In this document: positions 1 to 10,316 of the stretch, one piece after another | Layout: each line of letters opens with the position of its first letter | Position numbering within the stretch: position 1 is the first letter of the stretch | Notes under the pieces: model-generated | The model's database searches: none | What the model saw: the letters and a program-made list of their open reading frames with translations, nothing else | Told to the model about the DNA's origin: nothing | From: an uncultured cyanobacterium | GTDB taxonomy: Bacteria > Cyanobacteriota > Cyanobacteriia > PCC-6307 > Cyanobiaceae | Length of the DNA stretch: 64,000 nt | Direction of reading: 5' to 3' | NCBI GenBank assembly: GCA_963765575.1 | Contig: CAVXWZ010000004.1 | Location: forward strand, 1 to 64,000 | Translations under genes and position numbers: made by a program

Positions 1-636
1 TGGCCCGCACAGGATCGAAATCCACGAACCAGCTCTGGAACAGCGCCCGCGCCATCGCCTCCAGCGTCGCGTTCATCCGCCGGTTCAACTCGATCTTGTC
101 GTCCAGCGCCCCAAGCACCGCCGCGATGGCTTTTTGCTCGGCGAGGGGTGGGAGTGGACTTCGAGGCATTTCGCTTGCAACCGTGATGATGTGCGAACGC
201 TTCCAGTCGCATGTCGGCATGAATCCATCGTGCCGTGATCAGGTCTTCTGAGCAAGAAGAAGTAGAGAGAAATCAGCCGACTCGACGTTCATTCGGATGG
301 TCGGAGCTGCATCTGACTGCTGCTGATTGAGGCAACGCTCGCGAGTGCTTCAGGCACAATCGGCGACTTGTCCGACGTGTCGGACCGTCATGCCCACGAC
401 TGTCGCAGATGGTTCCCGCGGGACGAGCTTCGCCCCATTCCGATGCTGAGCGGTAGACATGTCCGGTAACGTCAGCATCGTAAGTCTTCACGACTTCATC
501 GTCACTTATGTTCTGACCCGACGGAACGGGACCACGCCCAGAATCGCCTTGTCTGCCGCTCGATCGGACGTTCCACCGGAGCGAACTTACTGGGCACAAT
601 TCACCAACGTTGAATGTCGACCCATTCACCCGCCAT
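1..636 (-). CDS. hsdS: Type I restriction-modification specificity subunit, 5' part (runs off window; TRD1 region has multiple indels)
   Basis: ATG at 636 overlaps the hsdM end (MAGEW...). Conserved HsdS segment [49 protein letters not shown] at 1-155. TRD-like fragments (VRSGGT, GTI..VGQVA, LNQ, LYFFL, HATGSV) are spread over different frames. Confidence 0.85.
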
Positions 637-2455
637 AACCCAGCCCCCTCAGGTTGGCTCGGATGGCCTGCTCCAGCTTCGCGGACTCAGCAAACTGGGC
701 CTCCAGCTCCGCCACCAGCCGCGGCATCTTCTCCTCAAACGGCTCGCCGTCGTCTTCCACCTCCTCCGCGCCCACATACCGCCCCGGCGTGAGCACGTGG
801 CCATGGGCAGCGATCTCGGCGGTGGTGGCGGATTTGCAGAACCCCGGCACATCGTCGTAGCTCGCCCGCGCCATTGGCGCCCCGCCAGCGGTGATAGGTG
901 CCGCTGATCTTCTCCAGGTCGGCCTCCAGCAGCTCCCGATGCACCCGATCGATCAGGCTGCCGAGCTTGCGGGCATCGATGAACAGCGTGTGCCCGCGCC
1001 GATCGCGGAAGCCCCGTTGGCCGTCGGCAGCCTTGCTCTTGGCCAGGAACCAGAGGCACACCGGAATCTGGGTGCTGTAGAAGAGCTGGCCGGGCAGGGC
1101 CACCATGCAGTCCACCAGGTCCGCCTCGATCAGGGCGCGGCGGATCTCGCCTTCGCCGCTCTGGTTGGAGCTCATGCTGCCATTGGCGAGCACGAAGCCG
1201 GCCATGCCCTGCGGCGCCAGGTGGTGGATGAAGTGCTGCACCCAGGCGAAGTTGGCGTTGCCCTTGGGCGGCACGCCGAACTGCCAGCGCACGTCGTCGT
1301 CATTGCGGAACCAGTCGGAGTCGTTGAAGGGCGGGTTGGCGAGCACGTAATCGGCCCGCAGATCCGGATGCAGGTCGCGGCGGAAGCTGTCGGCGTGCTC
1401 GGCGCCGAAGTCGGCCTCGATGCCGCGCAGGGCCAGGTTCATCACCGCCAGGCGGCGGGTGGTGGCGTTGCTCTCCTGGCCGTAGATCGAAATGTCGCCC
1501 AGCTTGCCGCCGTGGCTTTCCACGAACTTCTCGCTCTGCACGAACATGCCGCCGGAGCCGCAGCAGGGGTCGTAGATGCGGCCCTTGTAGGGCTCCAGCA
1601 TCTCCACCAGGCAGCGCACCACACAGCTCGGCGTGTAGAACTGGCCGCCGTTCTTGCCCTCGGCTGAGGCAAAGCGGGTGAGGAAGTATTCGTACACCCG
1701 GCCCAGCAGATCCACCGAGCGATGCGTCTGCTCCCCCTCGCTGGCGCCGCTCTCTCTGGAAGCAGTGAGTTCGATCGTGGCGATCACATCGATCAGCTCC
1801 CCCAGGCGCTGCTTGTCGAGCCCCGGACGGGCGTAGTCCTTCGGCAGCACGCCCTTGAGGCGTGGGTTGTCGCGCTCGATCGCCACCATGGCGTCGTCCA
1901 CCAGCTTGCCGATCGTGGGCTGCTTGGCGTTGGCCTGCAGGTGGCTCCAGCGGGCCTCGGCCGGCACCCAGAACACGTTCTCGGCCTTGTATTCGTCGGG
2001 GTCTTCCGGGTTGGCGCCTTCGTAGTCGCCCTCGCCGGCCAGCAGCTTGGCGCGGTGCTCTTCGAAGCTGTCGGAGATGTATTTCAGAAAGATCAGGCCG
2101 AGCACCACGTGCTTGTACTCGGCCGCGTCCATGTTGTTGCGCAGCTTGTCGGCCGTGAGCCAGAGCTTGGCCTCGAAGCCCAGGTTGGCGGTGCCGTTGC
2201 TGGAGGCCTTTGCCCTTGCGGCTGGCTTTGGCCGGCGGCGGCTTGCTTCGCCACTGGTTCGGCGCCTACCAGCGACACGCTGTCGCTGCGGCCCCGGCCG
2301 CGGGTCACGATCCCCTTGGCCACCAGTGCCACTTTCACCTCTTCATAGAGGGGCTCCTCCCAGCCGAGGGCTGCGCGCAGGGCCGGGTTTTTGACGGGGC
2401 TGCCGGCCGTTTCCAGGGCTTCGAGGAAGTCGTCCAGGTGCTCCTGATCGGCCAT
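626..2455 (-). CDS. hsdM: Type I restriction-modification DNA methyltransferase subunit M (frameshifts near 2210-2240 and ~875)
   Basis: [51 protein letters not shown] (SAM binding), NPPF (N6-MTase), and the C-terminal DVPGFCKSA...LTPGRYVG in another frame. Confidence 0.93.
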
Positions 2456-2558
2456 GGATGGAGCGGGTGGGGCGGCGCTGAACGAAGTTTGCCTGGAGAT
2501 CGGGGGTTGTGGCAGGGCGTTTCGCACCTGCGATCTCGACCCCTAGCTTGAGCGAGTG

Positions 2559-3401
2559 ATGGGAGCCACGCCGATGTCCCCCTTGCGCTCGTTTCAGTGG
2601 TCGTGGTTGCCGATTGGTCTGGGCGCCATCGCGGCCGTGCTCCTGCCCCTGCCGGGCCAGGCCGAGCCAGCCCCGGAAGCCTGCGCGCCGCCGCATGCTG
2701 GTCGCCATGTGGTGATGGAGCGGGGCTGGTTGCAGCAGGCTGGTGCCCAGCAGCCGGTCGCCCGCCTGTTGCAGGAGCGCTGGAACCCCGATGGCACGAT
2801 CGTTGGCACCGGCTTTGTACGCACCGGCAGAAACTTCCGCCGCTTCGACTACAGCGGCTCCTACCGCCCCATCGGCCCCTGCCGGTGGCGGCTGGACCGG
2901 CGTCCGTTGGCCGCCGAGCTGGTTGACAGTCAGCCCATCACCAACCTCGACGCCGGGGTCGTGCTCGATGCCTTCGGCCGCCCCCGTTACAGCCTGGCCC
3001 TGGTGTCCGGGGCCACCATCACCGGGATCTGGCGTCAGCAGATCTCTGCGGCCTGCACCCAGACCACCCTCTCGGGCACGGTGGTGAGCCAGCAGTTTGG
3101 GTTCAGCTGGGGACCCAGCGGTTGGCGCCCCAATGGCGTCTTGCAACGCGAAACCTGGACGGATGGCGGCGTGCGCGGGCTGGCCCTGAGCAGCGATGCG
3201 GGGCGCTTTCAGGAGGCCTCCTACACCGGCACGATCGAGGTCGGCGCCGACTGCCTTGCCACCGTGGTGCAGCAGGACAGTGAGGGTGTCGAGTACCGCT
3301 ACCGCGCCGTGGTGATGGCCGATGGCAGCGGCTATGTCTACCTCCAGGACGACGCGGACGATCTCACCATCGGTTGGCTGGATCAACTGAACGGGCCATA
3401 G
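2559..3401 (+). CDS. Hypothetical secreted protein with two similar domains
   Basis: Signal-peptide-like N-terminus (…LLPLPGQA|EP); GC3-rich codon usage; internally repeated architecture. Confidence 0.7.
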   Translation: MGATPMSPLRSFQWSWLPIGLGAIAAVLLPLPGQAEPAPEACAPPHAGRHVVMERGWLQQAGAQQPVARLLQERWNPDGTIVGTGFVRTGRNFRRFDYSGSYRPIGPCRWRLDRRPLAAELVDSQPITNLDAGVVLDAFGRPRYSLALVSGATITGIWRQQISAACTQTTLSGTVVSQQFGFSWGPSGWRPNGVLQRETWTDGGVRGLALSSDAGRFQEASYTGTIEVGADCLATVVQQDSEGVEYRYRAVVMADGSGYVYLQDDADDLTIGWLDQLNGP

Positions 3402-3430
3402 GCTCGGGCACCCTTCCCTTCCCCCCACCC

Positions 3431-3646
3431 ATGGCCAAGCCCCAGTTCGTCTACGAACCGATTGAGGCGTTCGGGGAGGGGCTCACCACCCGCCGCCCCT
3501 GGAACACCGAGGCCCTCGCTGGCGTGGAGCGCCTCAACGGCCGGGTGGCCATGCTCGGCTTCGCCGCCGCCCTGATCGGTGAGCTGCTCACGGGCTACGG
3601 CCCCGCCGGCCAGCTGCTGGCCCTGCTGCGTTGGTATCTGGGCTGA
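3431..3646 (+). CDS. hli: High light-inducible protein (chlorophyll a/b-binding-like)
   Basis: ERLNGRVAMLGF..ALIGELLTG motif. Confidence 0.9.
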   Translation: MAKPQFVYEPIEAFGEGLTTRRPWNTEALAGVERLNGRVAMLGFAAALIGELLTGYGPAGQLLALLRWYLG

Positions 3647-3678
3647 TTCCGCGGCCATGCTGGGGGGATCTCTGGGTT

Positions 3679-5277
3679 GTGGCTGTGGCGCGATTGTTTC
3701 GGCGCAGGTTTCGGCGCAGCACGCCTGCCCTTGCCCTGGCCCCCCTGATCGGGCTGGTGGTGGCACTGTCCACGGCTCCCCTGCGACCGGCGTTCGGCGC
3801 CGAGGGCCTGCCCGGCTATGCCCCGGGCTCGGGGGTGGACGCCGCCGCCGCGCGACGCATCAGCCGCTGGGCCCTCGCTGAATACGCGGTGCCGGGGGTG
3901 GCGATCGCCCTGGTGCAGGACGGCCAGCTGCTGCTGGCGGAGGGCTTCGGGGTGCGCGATCTCGCCAGCGGCGAACCCACCACCGCCGACACGGTGTTTC
4001 AGCTGGCGAGCGTGTCCAAGTCGATCACCGCCACCACGGTGGCGGCCCTGGTGGACCGCAACAAGCTCGGCTGGGACCAGCCGATGGTGTCGCTGCTGCC
4101 CCAGTTTCGCCTCGCCGACGCCTATGCGGGCCGCTGGGTCAACGCCCGCGATCTGCTCACCCACCGCGCCGGCTTTCCCGCCTTCTTCGGTGACCTCTTC
4201 GACCACCTCGGCTACGACCGCGCCGACGTGCTCAGCCGCATCCGCTACATGCAACCGGCCAGCTCCTTTCGCGAGCGCCCCGCCTACTCCAACGTCGGCT
4301 TCTTCCTGGCCGGGGAGCTGGCGGCAGCGGCCGGCGGCCAGCCCTTCACCGATCTGGCAGCCTCCCTGATTTTCGAGCCCCTGGCCATGACCCGCACGGG
4401 CACGGCCACGGCCCTGATCGGTGCTGGCTCCGCTGCCGGGGCGCTCGACGATGTCAGCCGCTCCCATGCGCTGGTGGAGGGGCGCCTGCAGGTGGTGCCC
4501 CCCAACCTCAGCGGCCTGTTCATCGCCGCCGGTGGCTTCGCCAGCAGCGCCAGCGATCTCGGCCGTTTGCTCACGCTGCTGGCGGGCGGCGGCGAGATCG
4601 ATGGCCGCCGCCTGCTCTCGCCGCAGGCGATCCAGGAGCTGTTCGAGCCGGTGATCGCCGAGGAGCCGGGCTTTGCCGAGTTCCCCCCCATCGATGCCGA
4701 TTCCGGCTTCGACTATGCCCCCGGCTGGGGGGTGTACCACTACAACGGGCTCAGGGTGCTGGAGAAGGGCGGTGCCCTCGATGGCGTGCGCACCCTGGTG
4801 CTGGTGGTGCCCCAGAAGCGTTTCGCCGTGGCGGTTCTGGCCAACCGCAACCTCACGGCCCTGCCGGAGGCGGTGCGGGCGGCCCTGTTGCAGCAGGCCT
4901 TCGGCCGACCCGGTGAAGCCGACCTGCAGCCGTTGATCCGGGACCAGGCGCGCCAGCTCGAGGGCCTGCTGCTGGCGGTGGAGCCGAAGCCCGCCGACCC
5001 GCGGCCGCCGTCGTTGCCCCTGGAGGCCTACACCGGCACCTTCGTCAATCCCCTGTTCGGTTCCTGGACCGTGGTCCAGCGCGCCGGTGGCCTGGAGGTG
5101 CTGGCCGGCCCGGCCCGCCACCGCGCCTCGTTGGGCCCCTGGGATGGCGACAGCGTCCAGCTGCTCTGGCCCGAGGTGATCTCCTCGCCGGTGGCGGTGC
5201 CCTTCGCCATCGAACCCGGCGGTGTGGTGAGTGGCTTCAGCTACGAGGGCTATCGCTTCCGGCGGCTGCAGCCCTGA
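3679..5277 (+). CDS. Serine hydrolase, beta-lactamase class C-like family, with C-terminal DUF3471-like domain (start approximate)
   Basis: F.LASVSKS (SxxK), DLLTHRAG, YSNVGF, C-terminal PSLPLEAYTGTFVNPLFG. Confidence 0.85.
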   Translation: MAVARLFRRRFRRSTPALALAPLIGLVVALSTAPLRPAFGAEGLPGYAPGSGVDAAAARRISRWALAEYAVPGVAIALVQDGQLLLAEGFGVRDLASGEPTTADTVFQLASVSKSITATTVAALVDRNKLGWDQPMVSLLPQFRLADAYAGRWVNARDLLTHRAGFPAFFGDLFDHLGYDRADVLSRIRYMQPASSFRERPAYSNVGFFLAGELAAAAGGQPFTDLAASLIFEPLAMTRTGTATALIGAGSAAGALDDVSRSHALVEGRLQVVPPNLSGLFIAAGGFASSASDLGRLLTLLAGGGEIDGRRLLSPQAIQELFEPVIAEEPGFAEFPPIDADSGFDYAPGWGVYHYNGLRVLEKGGALDGVRTLVLVVPQKRFAVAVLANRNLTALPEAVRAALLQQAFGRPGEADLQPLIRDQARQLEGLLLAVEPKPADPRPPSLPLEAYTGTFVNPLFGSWTVVQRAGGLEVLAGPARHRASLGPWDGDSVQLLWPEVISSPVAVPFAIEPGGVVSGFSYEGYRFRRLQP

Positions 5278-5325
5278 GTGCTGCCGGCCACGGTCTGCCT
5301 AAGGTCAGCCCACCGCAACCGGCCC

Positions 5326-5535
5326 ATGAATCAGACCCTCAAAGGCGTGGCCTACGTGAGCGTGTGGGTGCTGCTCTGGGGCACGGCGGCCTCCGTGGCC
5401 GATCTCGTGCTGCTCGAGCGTGGCGCCTACGCCACCGGCACCAGCGGGCAGCTGATCACCTTTGCCTCCTACGGCATCGCCGCGGTGGTGCTGGCGGTGC
5501 GCCTCTCCGGCCGCTTCCTCAAACCCAAGCAGTGA
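5326..5535 (+). CDS. Small two-TM membrane protein
   Basis: 69 aa, two hydrophobic helices, typical codon usage. Confidence 0.7.
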   Translation: MNQTLKGVAYVSVWVLLWGTAASVADLVLLERGAYATGTSGQLITFASYGIAAVVLAVRLSGRFLKPKQ

Positions 5536-5576
5536 TCGCGAGCGGCGCCGTCCCCTCACCCAGGCGCCGCCACGAC

Positions 5577-5615
5577 TTGACACCACACACCATGGCCGCT
5601 AGTACAGGCGTACTG
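5577..5615 (+). promoter_or_regulatory. Sigma70-type promoter with overlapping cyanobacterial LexA box
   Basis: TTGACA (5577-5582), 17-bp spacer, then TAGTACAGGCGTACTG (5600-5615), close to the picocyanobacterial LexA palindrome TAGTACA-N2-TGTACTA. Confidence 0.7.
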
Positions 5616-5629
5616 TTGGCGATGGCGTC

Positions 5630-5845
5630 ATGCCGGTCTCCTCCCCCTATGCCCTCTTCCGGGCCTCGGATCTGCTCTGGCCCGCCGTGCCTGCCGGCCC
5701 GCTCAAGCGGGCGCCGGCGGGTCAGCTCAAAGCCGCCCGCCGCTGCCGCTGGTCGGCGGTGATTCAGGGCGAGCTGTTTCCGCTGGAGGCCCCATCGCGC
5801 AGCAGCGCCCCGTCGCGCAACACCACCAGGAGGGCCTCGCCGTAG
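5630..5845 (+). CDS. Small hypothetical protein, putatively LexA-regulated, with QGELF motif
   Basis: ATG 14 nt after the LexA box; 3' end overlaps recQ 3' end by 82 bp. Confidence 0.5.
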   Translation: MPVSSPYALFRASDLLWPAVPAGPLKRAPAGQLKAARRCRWSAVIQGELFPLEAPSRSSAPSRNTTRRASP

Positions 5846-7689
5846 CGCTCCAGCTTGGCGGCGCCGATGCCGCTCACCCCGGCCAGGTCCGCCAGGCTGG
5901 CCGGACGCCGCTCCGCCAGCTCCAGCAGCGTGCGGTCGTGGAACACCACGTAGGGCGGCACCTTCTGCTGGCTGGCCTGCTCCCGCCGCCAGCCCCGCAA
6001 CGCCTCCACCAGTTCCGCATCCACCTCACCCTGGCCAGCGGCGAGCGGCCCGCCGCGCAGTCCCGCCCCAGCAGCAGCGGCCCGCCGCCGTTCCTTCTGG
6101 GGCGCCGTCTGGGGCAGCTCCAGCGTGGCCTCGCCGCGCAGCAGCGGCCGCACCAGCTCCTGGGCCCCCAGCTGCAGGCCGCCGCGCCCATCCGGCACCG
6201 GCTGCAGGTAGCCCAGGCCCGTGAGCTGGCGCACCAGGGTGCGCCACTGGCCCCGGTCCAGCTCGCGGCCGATGCCGTACACGCTCAGCTGGTCGTGGCC
6301 CAGCTGGCGGAGGCGTTCACCGCTGCCGCCCAGCAGCACGTCCACCAGATGGGCGCCACCGAAGCGCTGGCCGGTGCGCACCGCCGCCGAGAGCAACTTC
6401 TGCGCCGGCACGCTCATGTTCACCAGGGCCTTGGGCTCCAGGCAGCCGTCGCAGTTGCCGCAGGGCTCGGCCAGCTGCTCGCCGAAGTGGCGCAGCAGCA
6501 CCTGCCGCCGGCAGCCCACCGCCTCGCTGAAGGCGATCAGGGCCTCGAGCTTGCCGTGCTCGATCCGCTTCTGTTCCTCGCTGGCGCCCGAGTCATCGAT
6601 GAAGCGGCGCAGCTGGGGCACATCCCCCGGCCCATGCACCATCCAGGCCACCGCCGGCAGGCCGTCGCGCCCGCCCCGGCCCGTTTCCTGGTAATAGGCC
6701 TCCAGGCTCTTGGGCAGATCCACGTGGGCCACGAAGCGCACGTCGGGTTTGTCGATGCCCATGCCGAAGGCGATCGTGGCCACCACCACCACGGCGCTGC
6801 CGGTGCGGAAGCGCTGCAGGGCGGCGCGGCGCTGCTCACTGCCCAGGCCGGCGTGATAAGCCACCGCGTCAAACCCGGCGGCCCGCAGCTCGGTGGCCAG
6901 CTTGTCCACCCGGCTGCGCGAGCGGGCATAGACAATCCCGGCCTCGCCGCTGTGCTCGGCCAGAAAGTCCAGCAACTGGCGGCTGGCCTGCTCCTTGGCA
7001 CGCAACAGATAACGGATGTTGGGCCGATCGAAGCTGGCCAGGAACACCTGGCCGCTCTCCAGATGCAGCCGCTCGATGATCTCGGCCCGGGTGCGCGGAT
7101 CGGCGGTGGCGGTGAGGGCCAGCCGTGGCACCGCGGGGAAGCGCTCCGCCAGCACCGCCAGCTGGATGTAGTCGGGCCGGAAGTCATGGCCCCATTGCGA
7201 CACGCAGTGGGCCTCGTCGATCGCAAACAGGGCCAGGGGCTGGGGGCCGCCCAGTGCCGCCAGCCGCTCCAGCAGATCGCCGCCCAGCAGCCGCTCCGGT
7301 GACACGTAGAGCAGATCCAGTTCGCCGCGGCCCAGCCGGCGCCAGAGCGCCGCCCCCTGGCCGGCCTCCAGGCCCGAGTGCAGGGCTGCGGCCCGCACCC
7401 CCAGCTGCAGCAGGGCCTCCACCTGGTCGTCCATCAGGGCGATCAGCGGTGACACCACCACCGCCAGGCCCGGCCGGCAGAGGGCCGGCACCTGGTAACA
7501 GAGGGATTTACCGCCGCCGGTGGGCATCAGCACCAGCCCGGAGCCGCCAGCAATCACGTGGCGCACGATCGCCTCCTGGGGACCGCGGAAGGCGGGGTAG
7601 CCCCACACCTCCCGCAGCACCTCCCCGGGCTCGCGGGTGCTGGGCGCGGCGGCGGCCGACGCCGTTGGGGACTGGGGCTGGACGCTCAC
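5764..7689 (-). CDS. recQ: ATP-dependent DNA helicase RecQ
   Basis: [52 protein letters not shown], Zn-binding/RQC and HRDC domains. Confidence 0.97.
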   Translation of the reverse strand: MSVQPQSPTASAAAAPSTREPGEVLREVWGYPAFRGPQEAIVRHVIAGGSGLVLMPTGGGKSLCYQVPALCRPGLAVVVSPLIALMDDQVEALLQLGVRAAALHSGLEAGQGAALWRRLGRGELDLLYVSPERLLGGDLLERLAALGGPQPLALFAIDEAHCVSQWGHDFRPDYIQLAVLAERFPAVPRLALTATADPRTRAEIIERLHLESGQVFLASFDRPNIRYLLRAKEQASRQLLDFLAEHSGEAGIVYARSRSRVDKLATELRAAGFDAVAYHAGLGSEQRRAALQRFRTGSAVVVVATIAFGMGIDKPDVRFVAHVDLPKSLEAYYQETGRGGRDGLPAVAWMVHGPGDVPQLRRFIDDSGASEEQKRIEHGKLEALIAFSEAVGCRRQVLLRHFGEQLAEPCGNCDGCLEPKALVNMSVPAQKLLSAAVRTGQRFGGAHLVDVLLGGSGERLRQLGHDQLSVYGIGRELDRGQWRTLVRQLTGLGYLQPVPDGRGGLQLGAQELVRPLLRGEATLELPQTAPQKERRRAAAAGAGLRGGPLAAGQGEVDAELVEALRGWRREQASQQKVPPYVVFHDRTLLELAERRPASLADLAGVSGIGAAKLERYGEALLVVLRDGALLRDGASSGNSSP

Positions 7690-7742
7690 GCGGCGATGGT
7701 CCGGCGGGCATCTCCCACAATGGCGCTGTACGGCCCGCCGCG

Positions 7743-8627
7743 ATGCCCCTGTCCTCCTCCCGTACCGCCACCGCCTGGGGCTTCCTCGCCCCCGCCCTGC
7801 TGCTGATCGGTCTGTCGGTGCTGATCCCGGCGGCGATGGCGCTGGTGATGAGCTTCAGCCAGGCCGGCCTCGATGTCAGCGAACCGCTGAAGTTCGTGGG
7901 CCTGGCCAACTACCGGCGCCTGCTGTCCGATCCGATGTTCGCCCGGGTGAGCCTCACCACTTTCACCTATCTGGTGGGGGTGGTGCCGCCGATCGTGCTT
8001 GGTGCCCTGGCCCTGGCGGTGCTGGTCAACCGCTCCCTGCCGGGCATCCACCTGTTCCGGGGTGCCTTCTACACGCCGGTGCTGGTGTCGATCGTGGTGG
8101 CGGCCATCGCCTTCCGCTGGCTCTATGGCGAAAACGGCCTCATCAACGGCTGGCTCGGTGCCCTGCTCGGCGACCGCTTCACGCCCATCGGCTTCCTCAC
8201 CTCGCCGCTGCTGGCCCTGCCGGCGGTGATGTTGGTGACCCTCTGGAAGGGCCTCGGCTACTACATGGTGATCTTCCTGGCGGGCCTGCAGGGCATCGCT
8301 CCGGAGCTCTACGAGGCCGCCTCCATCGATGGCAGCGAGGGCTGGCGCAAACACCTCGACATCACCCTGCCGCTGCTGCGGCCCTACATCACCCTGGTGG
8401 GGGTGATCTCTGCCATCGCCGCCACCAAGGTGTTCGAGGAGGTGTTCCTGATGACCCAGGGCGGCCCGGCTGACGCCACCCGCACGATCGTCTACTACGT
8501 CTACGAGCAGGCCTTCACCGAGCTGGAGATCAGTTATGCCTGCACGGTGGGCCTGGCCCTGTTCATGGCGGTGCTGCTGCTGAGCCTGGTGCGCTACGTC
8601 TTCGCCGGTGATCGTGGCCTGACCTGA
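7743..8627 (+). CDS. Carbohydrate ABC transporter permease (LacF/UgpA-like)
   Basis: [28 protein letters not shown] (EAA motif); multiple TM helices. Confidence 0.92.
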   Translation: MPLSSSRTATAWGFLAPALLLIGLSVLIPAAMALVMSFSQAGLDVSEPLKFVGLANYRRLLSDPMFARVSLTTFTYLVGVVPPIVLGALALAVLVNRSLPGIHLFRGAFYTPVLVSIVVAAIAFRWLYGENGLINGWLGALLGDRFTPIGFLTSPLLALPAVMLVTLWKGLGYYMVIFLAGLQGIAPELYEAASIDGSEGWRKHLDITLPLLRPYITLVGVISAIAATKVFEEVFLMTQGGPADATRTIVYYVYEQAFTELEISYACTVGLALFMAVLLLSLVRYVFAGDRGLT

Positions 8628-8674
8628 ACGCCTTCGCCGCTGGCCTGAACCCAGCCGGCCTCTAGCCTCGGCCC

Positions 8675-10054
8675 ATGGTTCAGCCCCGGCCCATGGTTCA
8701 GCCCCGGCCTGCCGCCCGTAGCTCCAGCGCCGCCCCCGGCTTCCCGGCCAGCGCTTCCCAGGCCAGCGGCCCTGATGCTGCCGGCCGGCCGCTGCCCCCG
8801 ATCGGCGTGGTGGGTGGCGGCCAGCTGGCCTGGATGCTGGCGGCGGCGGCGCGGGAGCTCAACCAGCCACTGCTGGTGCAGACGCCCAACGCCGATGACC
8901 CCGCCACGCGCCTGGCCAGCGATGTGATCCGCGCTGAGGTGCGCGATCTGGAGGGCACCCGGCGCCTGGCCGAGCGCTGCAGCGCCATCACCTTTGAAAA
9001 CGAATGGGTCGATCTGCCGGCCCTGGCCCCGCTGGCGGCCGAGGGGGTGTGCTTCGTGCCCAGCCTCGCTGCCCTGCAGCCGCTGGTCTGCAAGCGCAGC
9101 CAGCGCGAGTTGCTGCGGCGCCTGAATCTGCCCTCGCCGCCCTGGTTGCCCCTCGCCGAGTTGCTGGTCCACGGAGCTGCGGCGGAGCAGCACCGTCGGG
9201 CGGGGGATTGGTCCCCGGAGCAGGCCGCAGAGCCCGCCAGCGAGGAGCCGCTGCTGCGGCCGGGCTGGAGGTTTCCGCTGATGGCCAAGGCCGCCTCCGG
9301 CGGCTACGACGGCAAGGGCACCGCCCTGCTGCGCGATCAGAGTGATCTCGACGCCCTGCTGGAGCGGGTGGACCCGGACCAGTGGCTCGTTGAGACCGTG
9401 GTGGAGTTTGAGCAGGAGCTCTCCCAGCTCGCCTGCCGCGACCGCGCCGGCCGGGTGCTCTGCTATCCGCTGGTGCGCACCCACCAGCACCAGCGGGTGT
9501 GCGACTGGGTGCTGGCCCCCGCTCCGGTGTCCCACGCACTGCAGGCCTACGCCCGCAACATCGCCGCCTCCCTGCTCACCGCCCTCGACTATGTCGGGGT
9601 GCTCTCGATCGAGTTCTTCGAGGGCCGCTCCGGCCTGCAGGTGAACGAGATCGCCCCCCGCCCCCACAATTCCGGCCACGTCACCATCGAGGCGGCCCAC
9701 ACCAGCCAGTTTTCCCAGCAGGCCCGGATCGTGGCCGGCCTGCCCATGGGACCGGTGGAGCTCACGGTGCCTGGCGCGCTGATGGTGAACCTGCTGGGCT
9801 TCGAGGACAGCGACAGCCAGGGCGACGGCAACGGCGCGAGCGATGGCGACAGCGCCTACCGGGCCGAGCGCCGGGCCCTGGCGGCCCTGCCCCGGGCCAG
9901 CGTGCACTGGTATGGCAAGCGGGGTTCCAGCCCCGGCCGCAAGCTGGGCCATGTCACCCTGCTGCTCGATGGCCCGGACCAGGCCGCGGTGGAGGAGCAG
10001 GCCCGCCAGCGATTGCAGGCCGTGCGCGCCCTGTGGCCCCTGTTCTCCCCTTAG
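8675..10054 (+). CDS. purK: 5-(carboxyamino)imidazole ribonucleotide synthase
   Basis: IGVVGGGQLAWML, ITFENEWV, GYDGKG, NEIAPRPHNSGH, GRKLGHVT. Confidence 0.96.
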   Translation: MVQPRPMVQPRPAARSSSAAPGFPASASQASGPDAAGRPLPPIGVVGGGQLAWMLAAAARELNQPLLVQTPNADDPATRLASDVIRAEVRDLEGTRRLAERCSAITFENEWVDLPALAPLAAEGVCFVPSLAALQPLVCKRSQRELLRRLNLPSPPWLPLAELLVHGAAAEQHRRAGDWSPEQAAEPASEEPLLRPGWRFPLMAKAASGGYDGKGTALLRDQSDLDALLERVDPDQWLVETVVEFEQELSQLACRDRAGRVLCYPLVRTHQHQRVCDWVLAPAPVSHALQAYARNIAASLLTALDYVGVLSIEFFEGRSGLQVNEIAPRPHNSGHVTIEAAHTSQFSQQARIVAGLPMGPVELTVPGALMVNLLGFEDSDSQGDGNGASDGDSAYRAERRALAALPRASVHWYGKRGSSPGRKLGHVTLLLDGPDQAAVEEQARQRLQAVRALWPLFSP

Positions 10055-10063
10055 GATTGCAAC

Positions 10064-10238
10064 GGACTGCTGTGTTGGTGACTGCCTTCTACAGTTTTCT
10101 GATCTGACTCCCTTTCGACATGGGGGTCTGCAGCGGAAAGCAACGTATACCGGCCTCGTAGCCGGAAACGGCGCCCCGTCCTTGACCCCCTTCTGGTACT
10201 ACCAGGTCGAACACTGGGGCAAAACGGCATGGCGGTCC
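10064..10238 (+). ncRNA. ssrS: 6S RNA (SsrS/SsaA)
   Basis: Ends pair (GGACTGCTGTG...CATGGCGGTCC); internal GCAGCGGAAAGCAAC and AAAACGGCATGGCGG motifs; sits directly downstream of purK as in other picocyanobacteria. Confidence 0.85.
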
Positions 10239-10316
10239 ACCCCCTTCCTTGGCTCACCCCATCGGTTCAGCCCCTTGCTGCCATCCCCTCCCCCACTCAC
10301 CGGCCCGGCCCGGGCG

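Noticed and set aside
3679..5277. Antibiotic-resistance beta-lactamase
   Set aside because: Motifs support only the broad serine-hydrolase family; substrate cannot be inferred.
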